Positions 36,781-46,703 of a stretch of DNA of 64,000 bases are shown here, piece after piece. A program made the translations under genes and the position numbers. The stretch's first letter is position 1, and each line of letters starts with the position of its first letter. This DNA comes from Escherichia phage vB-Eco-KMB23. The DNA lies in sequence record OR525702.1. One strand, given 5' to 3'. The notes beneath the pieces were generated by a model that searched no databases, had not been told where the DNA came from, and saw only the letters and a program-made list of their open reading frames with translations.

Positions 36781-37125
36781 TTCTTTTAAAGCATCAACCT
36801 GTTCACGACGTTTACGCCATAAATCAATTACTTCATACGCAGATTCAGCATTTCGAATTGGACGGCATTTATATAAAGACTTGTGATTTTGATATTGTGT
36901 AGATAACGGAATTTTATCTAAAAGGTCTTTACGTTCAAAATATTCGTAACCATCTAAACCAAATGAACGATTTTTGAGAAATTGCCAATGACCAAATTCG
37001 TTTTCGACATAAACATAATCTGCATGCTGATAAAGCAAATTAATTACACGTTCAGAAATAACAGTATCATTATGATTAAAATAGAATGTTAAATCATGAA
37101 CTACTAAATAAACATTACCTTTCAT
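36775..37125 (-). CDS. Hypothetical protein, 116 aa, inside the tRNA region
   Basis: ORF track. Confidence 0.45.
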   Translation of the reverse strand: MKGNVYLVVHDLTFYFNHNDTVISERVINLLYQHADYVYVENEFGHWQFLKNRSFGLDGYEYFERKDLLDKIPLSTQYQNHKSLYKCRPIRNAESAYEVIDLWRKRREQVDALKEY

Positions 37126-37143
37126 ATTTTCCTCACTTATAAT

Positions 37144-37219
37144 TGGTCGAGGCAGTAGGGATCGAACCTACGACCCAGGACTTAGAAGGTCCTTGCTCTT
37201 CCTTCTGAGCTATGCCCCG
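37144..37219 (-). tRNA. tRNA-Arg (anticodon UCU), CCA encoded
   Basis: Manual cloverleaf: acceptor CGGGGCA/TGCCTCG, anticodon loop CTTCTAA, T-arm GTAGG-TTCGATC-CCTAC. Confidence 0.8.
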
Positions 37220-37223
37220 TAAT

Positions 37224-37299
37224 TGGGGTGACCGATGGGAGTCGAACCCATGACTACGAGAATCACAATCTCGAGTTCTACCAACTGAACTACGGCCAC
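37224..37299 (-). tRNA. tRNA-His (anticodon GUG), CCA encoded, no encoded G(-1)
   Basis: Manual cloverleaf: acceptor GTGGCCG/CGGTCAC, anticodon stem CGAGA/TCTCG, loop TTGTGAT. Confidence 0.7.
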
Positions 37300-37413
37300 A
37301 TTAATACCTACTCCAACAATCATGATGTCTTCACACGAAATTAAGAGAAGAGTGATCAGTTCAACCCCTATAATCGCGTCAAGTAGATATTAATGTGACA
37401 GTTGTCACAAATT

Positions 37414-37488
37414 TGGCGGACGTGATAGGATTCGAACCTATAACCAATCGCTTAACAGGCGATCGCTCTGCCATTGAGCTACACATCC
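37414..37488 (-). tRNA. tRNA-Asn (anticodon GUU)
   Basis: Manual cloverleaf: acceptor GGATGTG, anticodon stem ATCGC/GCGAT, loop CTGTTAA, T-loop TTCGAAT. Confidence 0.7.
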
Positions 37489-37492
37489 AAAT

Positions 37493-37579
37493 TGGTGGGG
37501 AGTGGTGGAGTCGAACCACCCGAGTCGCAATGACAATGGATTTACAGTCCACACCGCTACCTCTACGGGATAACTCCCC
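37493..37579 (-). tRNA. tRNA-Tyr (anticodon GUA), long variable arm
   Basis: 87 nt; anticodon loop CTGTAAA; class II variable arm; T-loop TTCGACT. Confidence 0.7.
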
Positions 37580-37591
37580 TAATTCATAATT

Positions 37592-37666
37592 TGGTGGCCC
37601 TGGGTGGAATTGAACCACCATCTGGCGATTATGAGTCGCTTGCTTGAACCTTCCAGCTACAGGGCC
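37592..37666 (-). tRNA. tRNA with CAU anticodon (Met, or Ile if lysidine-modified as for T4 tRNA-Ile)
   Basis: Anticodon loop CTCATAA; acceptor GGCCCTG/CAGGGCC. Confidence 0.65.
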
Positions 37667-37667
37667 T

Positions 37668-37743
37668 TGGTGCTGATTGACGGAATCGAACCGCCGACCT
37701 TCTCATTACAAGTGAGTTGTTCTACCTACTGAGCTAAATCAGC
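37668..37743 (-). tRNA. tRNA-Thr (anticodon UGU)
   Basis: Acceptor GCTGATT/AATCAGC; anticodon stem ACTCA/TGAGA, loop CTTGTAA; 1-nt spacer from previous tRNA. Confidence 0.8.
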
Positions 37744-37748
37744 AAAAC

Positions 37749-37838
37749 TGGCGGAGGCGATAGGATTTGAACCTATGAGTCGCCGGAGCGACTGCCGGTT
37801 TTCAAGACCGGTGCATTAAACCACTCTGCCACGCCTCC
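37749..37838 (-). tRNA. tRNA-Ser (anticodon UGA), long variable arm
   Basis: 90 nt; anticodon stem CCGGT/ACCGG, loop CTTGAAA; T-loop TTCAAAT. Confidence 0.8.
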
Positions 37839-37844
37839 AAATAT

Positions 37845-38495
37845 TTATATATTGTTAATTTGATTTAGAATTCTTTTTGCTTGAGTATGACTTACACCAA
37901 TATGCTTAGCATATTTAGATAATTCACCACGTTTAGAAAAATCATATAATTTAGAAATTTCTATTCTTCTTTTTCTTTCATCCGCAGAAACTTTTGATTC
38001 GTTTGCTTTTGCTATTTTACGTTTAGCTTCTTGAGAATGAGTTTTACCAGCAAAGCCATTCTTCATTAATCCATTTGAAGACCATCCTTTTAATTTTCCG
38101 TTAGAATGTGCCTTTTTAACACCCAATGAAATTAATTCGCGTTGCTGATCTGTCATAGGATAATTATTTATATGATCCCATCCACCTTCACCGCCGAGTT
38201 TTAAATTATACACATCTGGTTTATTTAAAAACTCTTCTGTGACAATATTTTTCTCAGCTTCAAGCATAGATTCTTTATCATCAAAATACTCTAATATTTC
38301 TTTAGAAAAATTTTCTATACCATATTTATCTTGGGCTCTTTTTAATAATTTACCAGAACCCATATATCCATCATCTAAATTTTCGGTAGAATGCACACCA
38401 ATATAAATTTTATTATTAATTTTATTTGTTATTTTATAAAGATAAAAATGCATATCAGTCCCTAATAAAGAACTGAGCGTCTCACGACGAGTCAT
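37845..38495 (-). CDS. segB: GIY-YIG homing endonuclease (SegB-like) embedded in tRNA cluster
   Basis: GIY-YIG module FYLYKITNKINNKIYIGVHS; C-terminal basic helix-turn-helix-like region; start codon ambiguous (38495 or MHFYLYK at about 38453). Confidence 0.75.
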   Translation of the reverse strand: MTRRETLSSLLGTDMHFYLYKITNKINNKIYIGVHSTENLDDGYMGSGKLLKRAQDKYGIENFSKEILEYFDDKESMLEAEKNIVTEEFLNKPDVYNLKLGGEGGWDHINNYPMTDQQRELISLGVKKAHSNGKLKGWSSNGLMKNGFAGKTHSQEAKRKIAKANESKVSADERKRRIEISKLYDFSKRGELSKYAKHIGVSHTQAKRILNQINNI

Positions 38496-38499
38496 AAAT

Positions 38500-38573
<74 letters not shown>

Positions 38574-38578
38574 AAATT

Positions 38579-38665
38579 TGGTGCGAGAAGTGGGACTCGA
38601 ACCCACAAGGAAATCATTCCGCAGCATTTTAAGTGCTGTGCCTTTACCAATTTGACCATTCTCGC
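38579..38665 (-). tRNA. tRNA-Leu (anticodon UAA), long variable arm
   Basis: 87 nt; anticodon stem CAGCA/TGCTG, loop CTTAAAA; acceptor GCGAGAA/TTCTCGC. Confidence 0.8.
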
Positions 38666-38666
38666 G

Positions 38667-38739
38667 CTGGGAATAAAGGACTCGAACCTTTGCATCCTGG
38701 AATCAAAATCCAGTGCCTTACCAACTTGGCTAATTCCCA
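38667..38739 (-). tRNA. tRNA-Gln (anticodon UUG), 3' CCA not encoded
   Basis: Anticodon stem CTGGA/TCCAG, loop TTTTGAT; acceptor TGGGAAT/ATTCCCA; abuts tRNA-Leu with 1-2 nt spacer. Confidence 0.75.
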
Positions 38740-38740
38740 A

Positions 38741-38790
38741 TTATTAACAAAGGCTCTTAAGCAAGAACCCTTGATGATAGAGGGTATTAA
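38741..38790 (-). promoter_or_regulatory. Candidate middle (MotA-box) promoter for tRNA cluster
   Basis: Minus strand cTTGCTTAa (MotA-box-like) 12-14 nt upstream of TAATAA/ATAATT, just 5' of tRNA-Gln; weak. Confidence 0.3.
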
Positions 38791-38836
38791 TCAGTGCGGT
38801 ATGAGTTAATAATAACAAATAATTCTTAAAGCATAT

Positions 38837-39121
38837 TTACCATTTATGATACGTATTTACGATGCATTCAAGACTTAAAGGATTCTTGAAAATATCATAT
38901 TCAAGAGGACCTTTTTCTGTTTCAATAAAGAAATCAAAATTTACTGTATTAAATTTACGGTCTTCCTTCACTAATTTAACCTGAGAAGATGAACGGTCAA
39001 TGTAAACCTTTTCAACTTCAAAACATGTTAAAATGCCATAATCATCAATCAAGGCTTTAGCTGCTTCTTGATCATATTTATATCCATTTTCAATGGACGA
39101 TACTTTAGCATAAAGAATCAT
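38837..39121 (-). CDS. Hypothetical protein, 94 aa
   Basis: ORF track. Confidence 0.5.
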   Translation of the reverse strand: MILYAKVSSIENGYKYDQEAAKALIDDYGILTCFEVEKVYIDRSSSQVKLVKEDRKFNTVNFDFFIETEKGPLEYDIFKNPLSLECIVNTYHKW

Positions 39122-39123
39122 TG

Positions 39124-39534
39124 TCAGCCTCTATCAACGATAGCATGAGTATGGGCATTTACGATTTGCCACCAGTCGAAACGATTGAAACCATAATCTG
39201 GTTTATTTTCATTTTCTTTAATGATATCACGCAGCTTATCTTCTGTTTCAGCATACGCAATTAAATCATCATATCCACCACAAGGGTAATAATTATCACC
39301 TGCGAATAAAAGAAAATTTACCTTAGATGGATTTACATAATAATGGTCTTTAGGATATTTAGTTCCTCTCCAATCAGTTACTTCAACATAACGGTAAGAA
39401 AATCCATTTTTACTTTCAATCCAACTCCACGCTTCAAAAGGAGTATTAAAAACTTTATCAGGTATTAAATTACCTTCAAAATGAGAAGGATTTGCATAAT
39501 CCCCAGCATAAACATAATATTCGTTAATACTCAT
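39124..39534 (-). CDS. Hypothetical protein, 136 aa
   Basis: ORF track. Confidence 0.55.
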   Translation of the reverse strand: MSINEYYVYAGDYANPSHFEGNLIPDKVFNTPFEAWSWIESKNGFSYRYVEVTDWRGTKYPKDHYYVNPSKVNFLLFAGDNYYPCGGYDDLIAYAETEDKLRDIIKENENKPDYGFNRFDWWQIVNAHTHAIVDRG

Positions 39535-39720
39535 TTATTCACCTTTAGAAATTTTATCCATAACGATAGCAATTAAACCAATTAAAAATGCTACTACAAG
39601 TGAAAACGCATTTTCTGCTGTAGTTAATAATCCGCATATAAATCCAACAAACATTGAAAAACTAAAAGCAGAAGCAGAAATTGCAATAGCAACATTTCGA
39701 ATTAATTCACAACGTTTCAT
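39535..39720 (-). CDS. Small membrane protein, 61 aa
   Basis: Two hydrophobic helices; GAGGAG RBS and early promoter upstream. Confidence 0.5.
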   Translation of the reverse strand: MKRCELIRNVAIAISASAFSFSMFVGFICGLLTTAENAFSLVVAFLIGLIAIVMDKISKGE

Positions 39721-39748
39721 TTTATTCTCCTCGGTAGTTGATAGGGTA

Positions 39749-39778
39749 ATAGTATCACTACCCTATCTAAAAGTAAAC
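39749..39778 (-). promoter_or_regulatory. T4-type early promoter with -10 centred in a 9-bp inverted repeat
   Basis: GTTTAC -35; -10 core atagtatcac flanked by GATAGGGTA / TACCCTATC (39740-39748, 39759-39767). Confidence 0.5.
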
Positions 39779-40012
39779 TTATTTTTTACGAAAAATTGAT
39801 TTATTTTCTGCTGCCCATTTTTCAATAACTGCAGCAGGACCAGTAACAACAATTTTATCACCGTAATCTTCTGCGGCGAGTTGACCGAAATTATCTAATG
39901 CATCACGAAGAACTCCATGAGGCATTTCACCCATTTTATCTTTCTTGCCGGTGTAAATAAACTCAACTTTTACATCAGAAGATTCAGCGATAAACTCTTT
40001 GAAAGTTTTCAT
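39779..40012 (-). CDS. Internal-protein-like (capsid-targeting sequence) protein, about 78 aa
   Basis: Start placed at MKTFKEFIAESS (capsid-targeting consensus) rather than the track's upstream extension; own early promoter at about 40047-40076. Confidence 0.6.
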   Translation of the reverse strand: MKTFKEFIAESSDVKVEFIYTGKKDKMGEMPHGVLRDALDNFGQLAAEDYGDKIVVTGPAAVIEKWAAENKSIFRKK

Positions 40013-40046
40013 TTTGATTTCCATTTGGTTTTGTTTTGATAGAGTA

Positions 40047-40076
40047 ATAGTATCACTACTAAAACCCTGTGTAAAC
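40047..40076 (-). promoter_or_regulatory. T4-type early promoter upstream of internal-protein-like gene
   Basis: Minus strand ttcacaaagttGTTTACac ... TACTAT; upstream 30 nt duplicated at 40402-40431. Confidence 0.5.
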
Positions 40077-40088
40077 AACTTTGTGAAA

Positions 40089-40346
40089 TTATTTTAAATC
40101 TTCTAATCGTTTCTTCATCTTAGAACCATTTTTAGCAATTTCTCCTGCATCTGAGCATAATGCTAAAAGTGCTTTAACTTTAGTTTGGTCTCCTTTAAAA
40201 GATGAAGGATCGACTGCAGCAGCAAGTTCTTTAATACGAGAGAAAAGACGCTCAGCTTCAGCTAAAGCCATTCCAAGCTTTACTTCCATACCGTGGGAAG
40301 ATTCGGTGATAGTAGTTTTTGTAGCAAACTCTTTGAAAGTTTTCAT
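40089..40346 (-). CDS. Internal protein I-like (capsid-targeted, injected), 85 aa
   Basis: N-terminus MKTFKEFATKTTITES with I-x-E cleavage motif; adjacent to 57B as ipI is in T4; own early promoter. Confidence 0.65.
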   Translation of the reverse strand: MKTFKEFATKTTITESSHGMEVKLGMALAEAERLFSRIKELAAAVDPSSFKGDQTKVKALLALCSDAGEIAKNGSKMKKRLEDLK

Positions 40347-40377
40347 TTTTATTTTCCTAATTAATTTTGATGAGGTA

Positions 40378-40407
40378 ATAGTATCACTACCTCATCAGTA
40401 TGTAAAC
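40378..40407 (-). promoter_or_regulatory. T4-type early promoter upstream of ipI-like gene, -10 centred in inverted repeat
   Basis: GTTTAC -35; -10 core atagtatcac flanked by GATGAGGTA / TACCTCATC (40369-40377, 40388-40396). Confidence 0.5.
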
Positions 40408-40419
40408 AACTTTGTGAAA

Positions 40420-41116
<697 letters not shown>

Positions 41117-41117
<1 letters not shown>

Positions 41118-41842
41118 TATAGTACCTTTAGTGTATTTTTAATTTTAGAAAAAAGTTCTTCAAGAGAACCATCGTTTGTAATTACTAAATCACCATCACG
41201 AATTGGCAATCCAGCTTCTGTAATATGTGTATCATTGGATTTTTGACCAGGACGAACTACATGAATTACTGTAGCACCCATCGCCCTAGCCGCATCCATT
41301 TCATGATCTTGACGAGTATCAGGAACGATATAATAATCATAACCTGAGTTAAATTTATCAAGATAATCTAAAGCAAATAATTTTACCCAATACATGCGGT
41401 CGAAGTTATTAACAATCAAATCCGTACCTAGGGCTTGCATCAGACGACGGACTGACCATTGATCTTCAATATTATTTATAACGTCAGCAATCTTATTAAA
41501 TGCTACGAAAGTAACTGATTCTTTTCCTTCGTCATCAAAAACAAACACACCTTTAATTGGGCTTTTACTATTAAGATAGCAAAATGCTTGTTCCATAATC
41601 GTGATTACTTCTAATTTAGTCAGATTTAAATTAGTCTCACGATCATAGTCAATTCCTTCAAACTCTTTACGAGTTAAGCAAGGATAGTCAGTGTTTGCTG
41701 CAAATACTCCCCATGCATAAGCCAATGCATCCTTAATAGGACCAGCAAGTTGGTATTTAACTGCAGAATAATTATTCATGATAAAATCTGCAGTAGTATC
41801 TTTTCCGCTACGCTTTACACCACTTAAAAAGATTAGTTTCAT
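41117..41842 (-). CDS. 1: Deoxynucleoside monophosphate kinase
   Basis: 241 aa; P-loop MKLIFLSGVKRSGKDTTADFI. Confidence 0.9.
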
Positions 41843-41891
41843 ATGTTTCTCCTCAAATTTAGTTAAGATTATAACACATGAAACTGAAGCA

Positions 41892-42422
41892 TTAAACTTC
41901 TGCTATAATTTTTCCATCTTTTTCTACTTGAAAATAGGTGTAAGGAATCGTTGCAGTACATACTAAAGCCGGGTCTGAATCTTCCGTATAGCTAAATTCT
42001 ACTTCAGATAGGTCAGAAACCCAAGGCTTATAAAAATTTATTGACATCACGATTTCAGTTTTGCTATTATCTAAGATGTAAAGCGTAATGTACTCAGGAC
42101 CTGTTTTTTGGGCAGTATTTTCACCTGTAAGATAGTTGCTAGTTCCTAGCATCCATTCATACATTCCTATCCACGACTTAAGTTCTTCATCAACTATAAA
42201 TCTCACAATGAGTGGATCATACTCGAATGTAACACCTGGACGTTGTGCTCGGCCCAGTCCAAACGGCCCAGTCACGGTATCAGTAACAGGTATTCTAATT
42301 CCTGGAATAGGAACTGACTGAGCATTTAAAGTAAAAGCAGATGTAGTATTACTATGTGGTATTGATACTACAAAGTTAGTTGTATTTGCTTGGTTAAAAA
42401 TTTGTTGTAGAGCTTGCGACAT
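41892..42422 (-). CDS. 3: Tail completion and sheath stabiliser protein gp3
   Basis: 176 aa from MSQALQQIFNQ as in T4; the ORF-track 202-aa version adds 26 codons that run into a tandem repeat. Confidence 0.8.
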   Translation of the reverse strand: MSQALQQIFNQANTTNFVVSIPHSNTTSAFTLNAQSVPIPGIRIPVTDTVTGPFGLGRAQRPGVTFEYDPLIVRFIVDEELKSWIGMYEWMLGTSNYLTGENTAQKTGPEYITLYILDNSKTEIVMSINFYKPWVSDLSEVEFSYTEDSDPALVCTATIPYTYFQVEKDGKIIAEV

Positions 42423-42474
42423 ATATTCCTCATAATGCTTTATAACTGTTGGTGGTATAATGGGTCTAAGTCCC

Positions 42475-42511
42475 TTCCATTCAATTCCATTCAATTCCAT
42501 TCAATTCCATT
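42475..42511. repeat. Tandem repeat, 10-bp unit TTCCATTCAA x3 plus partial copy
   Basis: ttccattcaattccattcaattccattcaattccatt read directly; lies in the gene 2 / gene 3 intergenic region. Confidence 0.9.
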
Positions 42512-42548
42512 TAGAACAAACAACAGAAAAGAATGGAAGATAATAGAA

Positions 42549-43373
42549 TTAGATATTTGACCAGACTTTGTTTGCAGAGAAACGTTTTCCTTTTGAAACG
42601 AACTGCTGAAGTGGCATCAACACAACGTTCGCCCAGTCTTTCGGGGCGATTTCAACAAGGCTACCCATAATATTACCAGGTATATATGCCTTAATCATTT
42701 GGTCTGCACCCCTAAATCCTTTCACTTGACTCCAATCAATTTTTAATTTCGTTTTATTAGTAATAGTAGGTGTATTTGAATATTGCTTTAAAAGCTCTTC
42801 TAGAAATTGCTGACGAGCTTTAGGTGGAATATAGTGCAAGTTTAATCCGTACATTAAATTATGCTTACCTAAACCAAGGTAAATTATCAAAGGAAATTTA
42901 TCCCAGTAAGGAAGAGTTTCCTTGTGTTTAGCATCATAAGCAAAAGCATATATTCGTCCCGGCTGCGGGCGAACAACTTTATGTCCTTTTACTTGCTTAA
43001 TAGTTTCAGCAAACCACTTTCTGGTTTTATTATTAATTGCTGCACCTTCATTACGAATTTTATCACGCAATGTTTGTCTGAATGAATTTATCATAAGCAG
43101 TTGTCTTTCTTGCTTATTGAGTTTATTCATTGGTTTTGATTCAAGCTTTTGAATCTTTTCAGCCGTTTTAATTCCTGAAGCATATTTTGACATTGCTGAA
43201 GTAAACGTAGAGTATTTGATTCCTCTTTCTTCAGCAAATTGCTTTCCTGTCATTCCTTTTGCTTTGGCCTTTTTATATTCAAGACCTATCTGAATCCATT
43301 TCTTTTCGTTTAATGATTGCTTAACCTTTGGAACTTGGGGAGTGCTTTCATTAATTATTTGAAAAATAGCCAT
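42549..43373 (-). CDS. 2: DNA end protector protein gp2
   Basis: 274 aa as T4 gp2; basic protein; stop overlaps gene 4 start region. Confidence 0.85.
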   Translation of the reverse strand: MAIFQIINESTPQVPKVKQSLNEKKWIQIGLEYKKAKAKGMTGKQFAEERGIKYSTFTSAMSKYASGIKTAEKIQKLESKPMNKLNKQERQLLMINSFRQTLRDKIRNEGAAINNKTRKWFAETIKQVKGHKVVRPQPGRIYAFAYDAKHKETLPYWDKFPLIIYLGLGKHNLMYGLNLHYIPPKARQQFLEELLKQYSNTPTITNKTKLKIDWSQVKGFRGADQMIKAYIPGNIMGSLVEIAPKDWANVVLMPLQQFVSKGKRFSANKVWSNI

Positions 43374-43825
43374 TATGCCCCCTTAAAGCCAAGAGCTCGT
43401 AATCCATCTTCTGTTAGAATTCTAAATTTTATTCCACGCTTTTCAGCTAAAGCTTGCGCTGCTTTCCATTTGTCGGTATTAACGGAATATGTATAAATTT
43501 CATTCATAAATCTTTTCTTCGCTGCAGTTGTTAGATGTGCTGGTTTAACTGGTGGTTGTGTTTCTTTTTTAGGTTTTATTTCAATAAAAAATTCTTGTCC
43601 AGAAGAATCTTTCATCCAAATATCCATGAAGTATCTACGTTTTTTCCCTTCTGCATTACAAAAATAAGGAATTACTGCTGTTTCACTACCCCATGCAATA
43701 ATTTCTGGATTTTTATCTAACCATTCAAAAAAGAATTTTTCCCAATTTGATCTATACGTAATTTTTTTAGGGTCACCTCTATACTTTGATATATTTTTAG
43801 GAACCCATTTTCCAGAATATGCCAT
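43373..43825 (-). CDS. 4: Head completion protein gp4
   Basis: 150 aa as T4 gp4; divergent from gene 53 across a late-promoter region. Confidence 0.85.
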   Translation of the reverse strand: MAYSGKWVPKNISKYRGDPKKITYRSNWEKFFFEWLDKNPEIIAWGSETAVIPYFCNAEGKKRRYFMDIWMKDSSGQEFFIEIKPKKETQPPVKPAHLTTAAKKRFMNEIYTYSVNTDKWKAAQALAEKRGIKFRILTEDGLRALGFKGA

Positions 43826-43846
43826 TGGATTCTCCTTATAAATAGA

Positions 43847-43854
43847 TAATATAT
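43847..43854 (+). promoter_or_regulatory. Late promoter (TATAAATA) for gene 53
   Basis: Exact TATAAATA about 20 nt upstream of gene 53 ATG, in the divergent 4/53 intergenic region. Confidence 0.6.
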
Positions 43855-43872
43855 TTATAAACAGGAGGGCCC

Positions 43873-44463
43873 ATGCTCTTTACATTTTTTGATCCGATTG
43901 AATATGCGGCCAAAACGGTGAATAAAAACGCGCCGACTATTCCTATGACAGATATTTTTAGAAACTATAAAGACTATTTTAAACGCGCTCTTGCGGGATA
44001 CCGCTTACGTACTTATTATATCAAAGGTTCACCACGCCCGGAAGAATTAGCAAATACTATATATGGAAATCCACAGTTGTATTGGGTTTTATTGATGTGT
44101 AATGATAATTATGACCCGTATTATGGATGGATTACTTCACAAGAAGCTGCTTATCAAGCATCTATACAAAAATACAAAAATGTGGGTGGAGACCAGATAG
44201 TATATCATGTGAATGAGAACGGTGAAAAATTTTATAATTTAATATCATACGATGATAATCCATATGTTTGGTATGACAAAGGTGATAAAGCTAGAAAATA
44301 TCCTCAATATGAAGGAGCACTTGCTGCGGTCGATACGTATGAAGCTGCTGTTCTTGAAAATGAAAAACTTCGTCAAATAAAAATAATAGCAAAATCCGAC
44401 ATTAATTCATTTATGAACGACCTTATACGTATAATGGAGAAATCTTATGGAAATGATAAGTAA
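43873..44463 (+). CDS. 53: Baseplate wedge protein gp53
   Basis: 196 aa as T4 gp53; TATAAATA late promoter upstream. Confidence 0.9.
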   Translation: MLFTFFDPIEYAAKTVNKNAPTIPMTDIFRNYKDYFKRALAGYRLRTYYIKGSPRPEELANTIYGNPQLYWVLLMCNDNYDPYYGWITSQEAAYQASIQKYKNVGGDQIVYHVNENGEKFYNLISYDDNPYVWYDKGDKARKYPQYEGALAAVDTYEAAVLENEKLRQIKIIAKSDINSFMNDLIRIMEKSYGNDK

Positions 44464-46174
44464 TAACCTTAATTGGTTTGTTGGTGTTGTTGAAGATAGA
44501 ATGGACCCATTAAAATTAGGTCGTGTTCGTGTTCGTGTGGTTGGTTTGCATCCACCCCAAAGAGCACAAGGTGATGTAATGGGTATTCCAACTGAAAAAT
44601 TACCATGGATGTCAGTTATTCAACCTATAACTTCTGCAGCGATGTCAGGAATTGGAGGTTCTGTTACAGGGCCAGTAGAAGGAACTAGAGTTTATGGTCA
44701 TTTTTTAGACAAATGGAAAACTAACGGAATTGTCCTTGGCACATATGGTGGAATAGTTCGCGAAAAACCGAATAGACTTGAAGGATTTTCTGACCCAACT
44801 GGGCAGTATCCTAGACGTTTAGGAAATGATACGAACGTATTAAACCAAGGCGGAGAAGTAGGATATGATTCGTCTTCTAACATTATCCAAGATAGTAACT
44901 TAGACACCGCAATAAATCCCGATGATAGACCACTATCAGAGATTCCAACCGATGATAATCCAAATATGTCAATGGCTGAAATGCTTCGCCGTGATGAAGG
45001 ATTAAGACTAAAAGTTTATTGGGATACAGAAGGATATCCGACAATTGGTATTGGTCATCTTATCATGAAGCAGCCAGTTCGTGATATGACCCAAATTAAT
45101 AAAGTTTTATCAAAACAAGTTGGTCGTGAAATTACCGGAAATCCAGGTTCTATTACAATGGAAGAAGCGGTAACTTTATTTGAACGCGATTTGGCTGATA
45201 TGCAACGTGACATTAAATCACATTCTAAAGTAGGACCAGTCTGGCAAGCTGTAAACCGTTCTCGTCAAATGGCATTAGAAAATATGGCATTTCAGATGGG
45301 CGTTGGCGGTGTAGCTAAATTTAACACAATGTTAACTGCTATGTTAGCCGGAGATTGGGAAAAGGCATATAAAGCTGGTCGTGATTCATTGTGGTATCAA
45401 CAAACAAAAGGCCGTGCATCCCGTGTTACCATGATTATTCTTACAGGGAATTTGGAATCATATGGTGTTGAAGTGAAAACCCCAGCTAGGTCTCTATCAG
45501 CAATGGCTGCTACTGTAGCTAAATCTTCTGACCCTGCTGATCCTCCTATTCCAAATGACTCGAGAATTTTATTCAAAGAACCAGTTTCTTCATATAAAGG
45601 TGAATATCCTTATGTGCATACAATGGAAACTGAAAGTGGACATATTCAGGAATTTGATGATACCCCTGGGCAAGAACGATACAGATTAGTTCATCCAACT
45701 GGAACTTATGAAGAAGTATCACCGTCAGGAAGAAGAACAAGAAAAACTGTTGATAATTTGTATGATATAACCAACGCTGATGGTAATTTTTTGGTAGCCG
45801 GTGATAAAAAGACTAACGTCGGTGGTTCAGAAATTTATTACAACATGGATAATCGTCTTCACCAAATAGATGGAAGCAATACAATATTTGTACGTGGCGA
45901 TGAAACTAAGACGGTTGAAGGTAATGGAACTATCCTAGTCAAAGGTAATGTTACTATTGTAGTTGAAGGCAATGCTGACATTACAGTTAAAGGAGATGCT
46001 ACCACTTTAGTTGAAGGTAATCAAACTAATACAGTAAATGGAAATCTTTCTTGGAAAGTTGCTGGGACAGTTGATTGGGACGTTGGCGGTGATTGGACAG
46101 AAAAAATGGCATCTATGAGTTCTATTTCATCTGGTCAATACACAATTGATGGATCGAGGATTGACATTGGCTAA
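44447..46174 (+). CDS. 5: Baseplate hub / tail-associated lysozyme gp5
   Basis: 575 aa; internal lysozyme domain MAEMLRRDEGLRLKVYWDTEGYPTIGIGHL; C-terminal beta-helix VEGN repeats. Confidence 0.95.
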   Translation: MEMISNNLNWFVGVVEDRMDPLKLGRVRVRVVGLHPPQRAQGDVMGIPTEKLPWMSVIQPITSAAMSGIGGSVTGPVEGTRVYGHFLDKWKTNGIVLGTYGGIVREKPNRLEGFSDPTGQYPRRLGNDTNVLNQGGEVGYDSSSNIIQDSNLDTAINPDDRPLSEIPTDDNPNMSMAEMLRRDEGLRLKVYWDTEGYPTIGIGHLIMKQPVRDMTQINKVLSKQVGREITGNPGSITMEEAVTLFERDLADMQRDIKSHSKVGPVWQAVNRSRQMALENMAFQMGVGGVAKFNTMLTAMLAGDWEKAYKAGRDSLWYQQTKGRASRVTMIILTGNLESYGVEVKTPARSLSAMAATVAKSSDPADPPIPNDSRILFKEPVSSYKGEYPYVHTMETESGHIQEFDDTPGQERYRLVHPTGTYEEVSPSGRRTRKTVDNLYDITNADGNFLVAGDKKTNVGGSEIYYNMDNRLHQIDGSNTIFVRGDETKTVEGNGTILVKGNVTIVVEGNADITVKGDATTLVEGNQTNTVNGNLSWKVAGTVDWDVGGDWTEKMASMSSISSGQYTIDGSRIDIG

Positions 46175-46703
46175 TATACTTCCAATGAGCGCTGATTTAG
46201 GAGAATCCATGGAAGGTTCTTCTATCGACGTCACCTTTACCGCTCAATTAGAAACAGGTGAAACGTTAGTATCTATAAATATAACTAGTTACGAAGAAAC
46301 TCCTGGAGTTTTAGTAGAAGAAAATCGCTTATATGGAACATATGAATCTGTATTTGGTTTCGGAAATGACGCGTTGAAATATCGTTTAGGCGATGAATTT
46401 AAAACTGCTGCTTCATGGGAAGAACTTCCTACTGATTCTGATACTCAGTTGTATTTGTGGAAAGCTCCTCAAAATCTCCAGAAGACATTCACTTACGAAG
46501 TAACATTAATATATGACTACCAAGAACAAAGTGAATCTGGAGGTTCTGGCAGTAATTCTAGGTCATCTTCTGATACTACTGAACCGGCAGATCCTCCTGC
46601 TCCAGTAAGAAAAACTCTCGTTAAAAATTATACTAAAACTATAGTTGGAAATTGGAGTCGTTGGGCTAATAAACTGAGAAGCTATGTGTATGAGAGGCCA
46701 TAA
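46146..46703 (+). CDS. 5.1: gp5.1-like protein
   Basis: ORF between 5 and 5.4 in T4 order; start may be at an internal Met. Confidence 0.6.

Noticed and set aside
42423-42500. 26-codon N-terminal extension of gp3 (MELNGIEWKGLRPIIPP...)
   Set aside because: The extension starts inside the tandem repeat, and the product from the downstream ATG is 176 aa as in T4; treated as a repeat artefact rather than coding.
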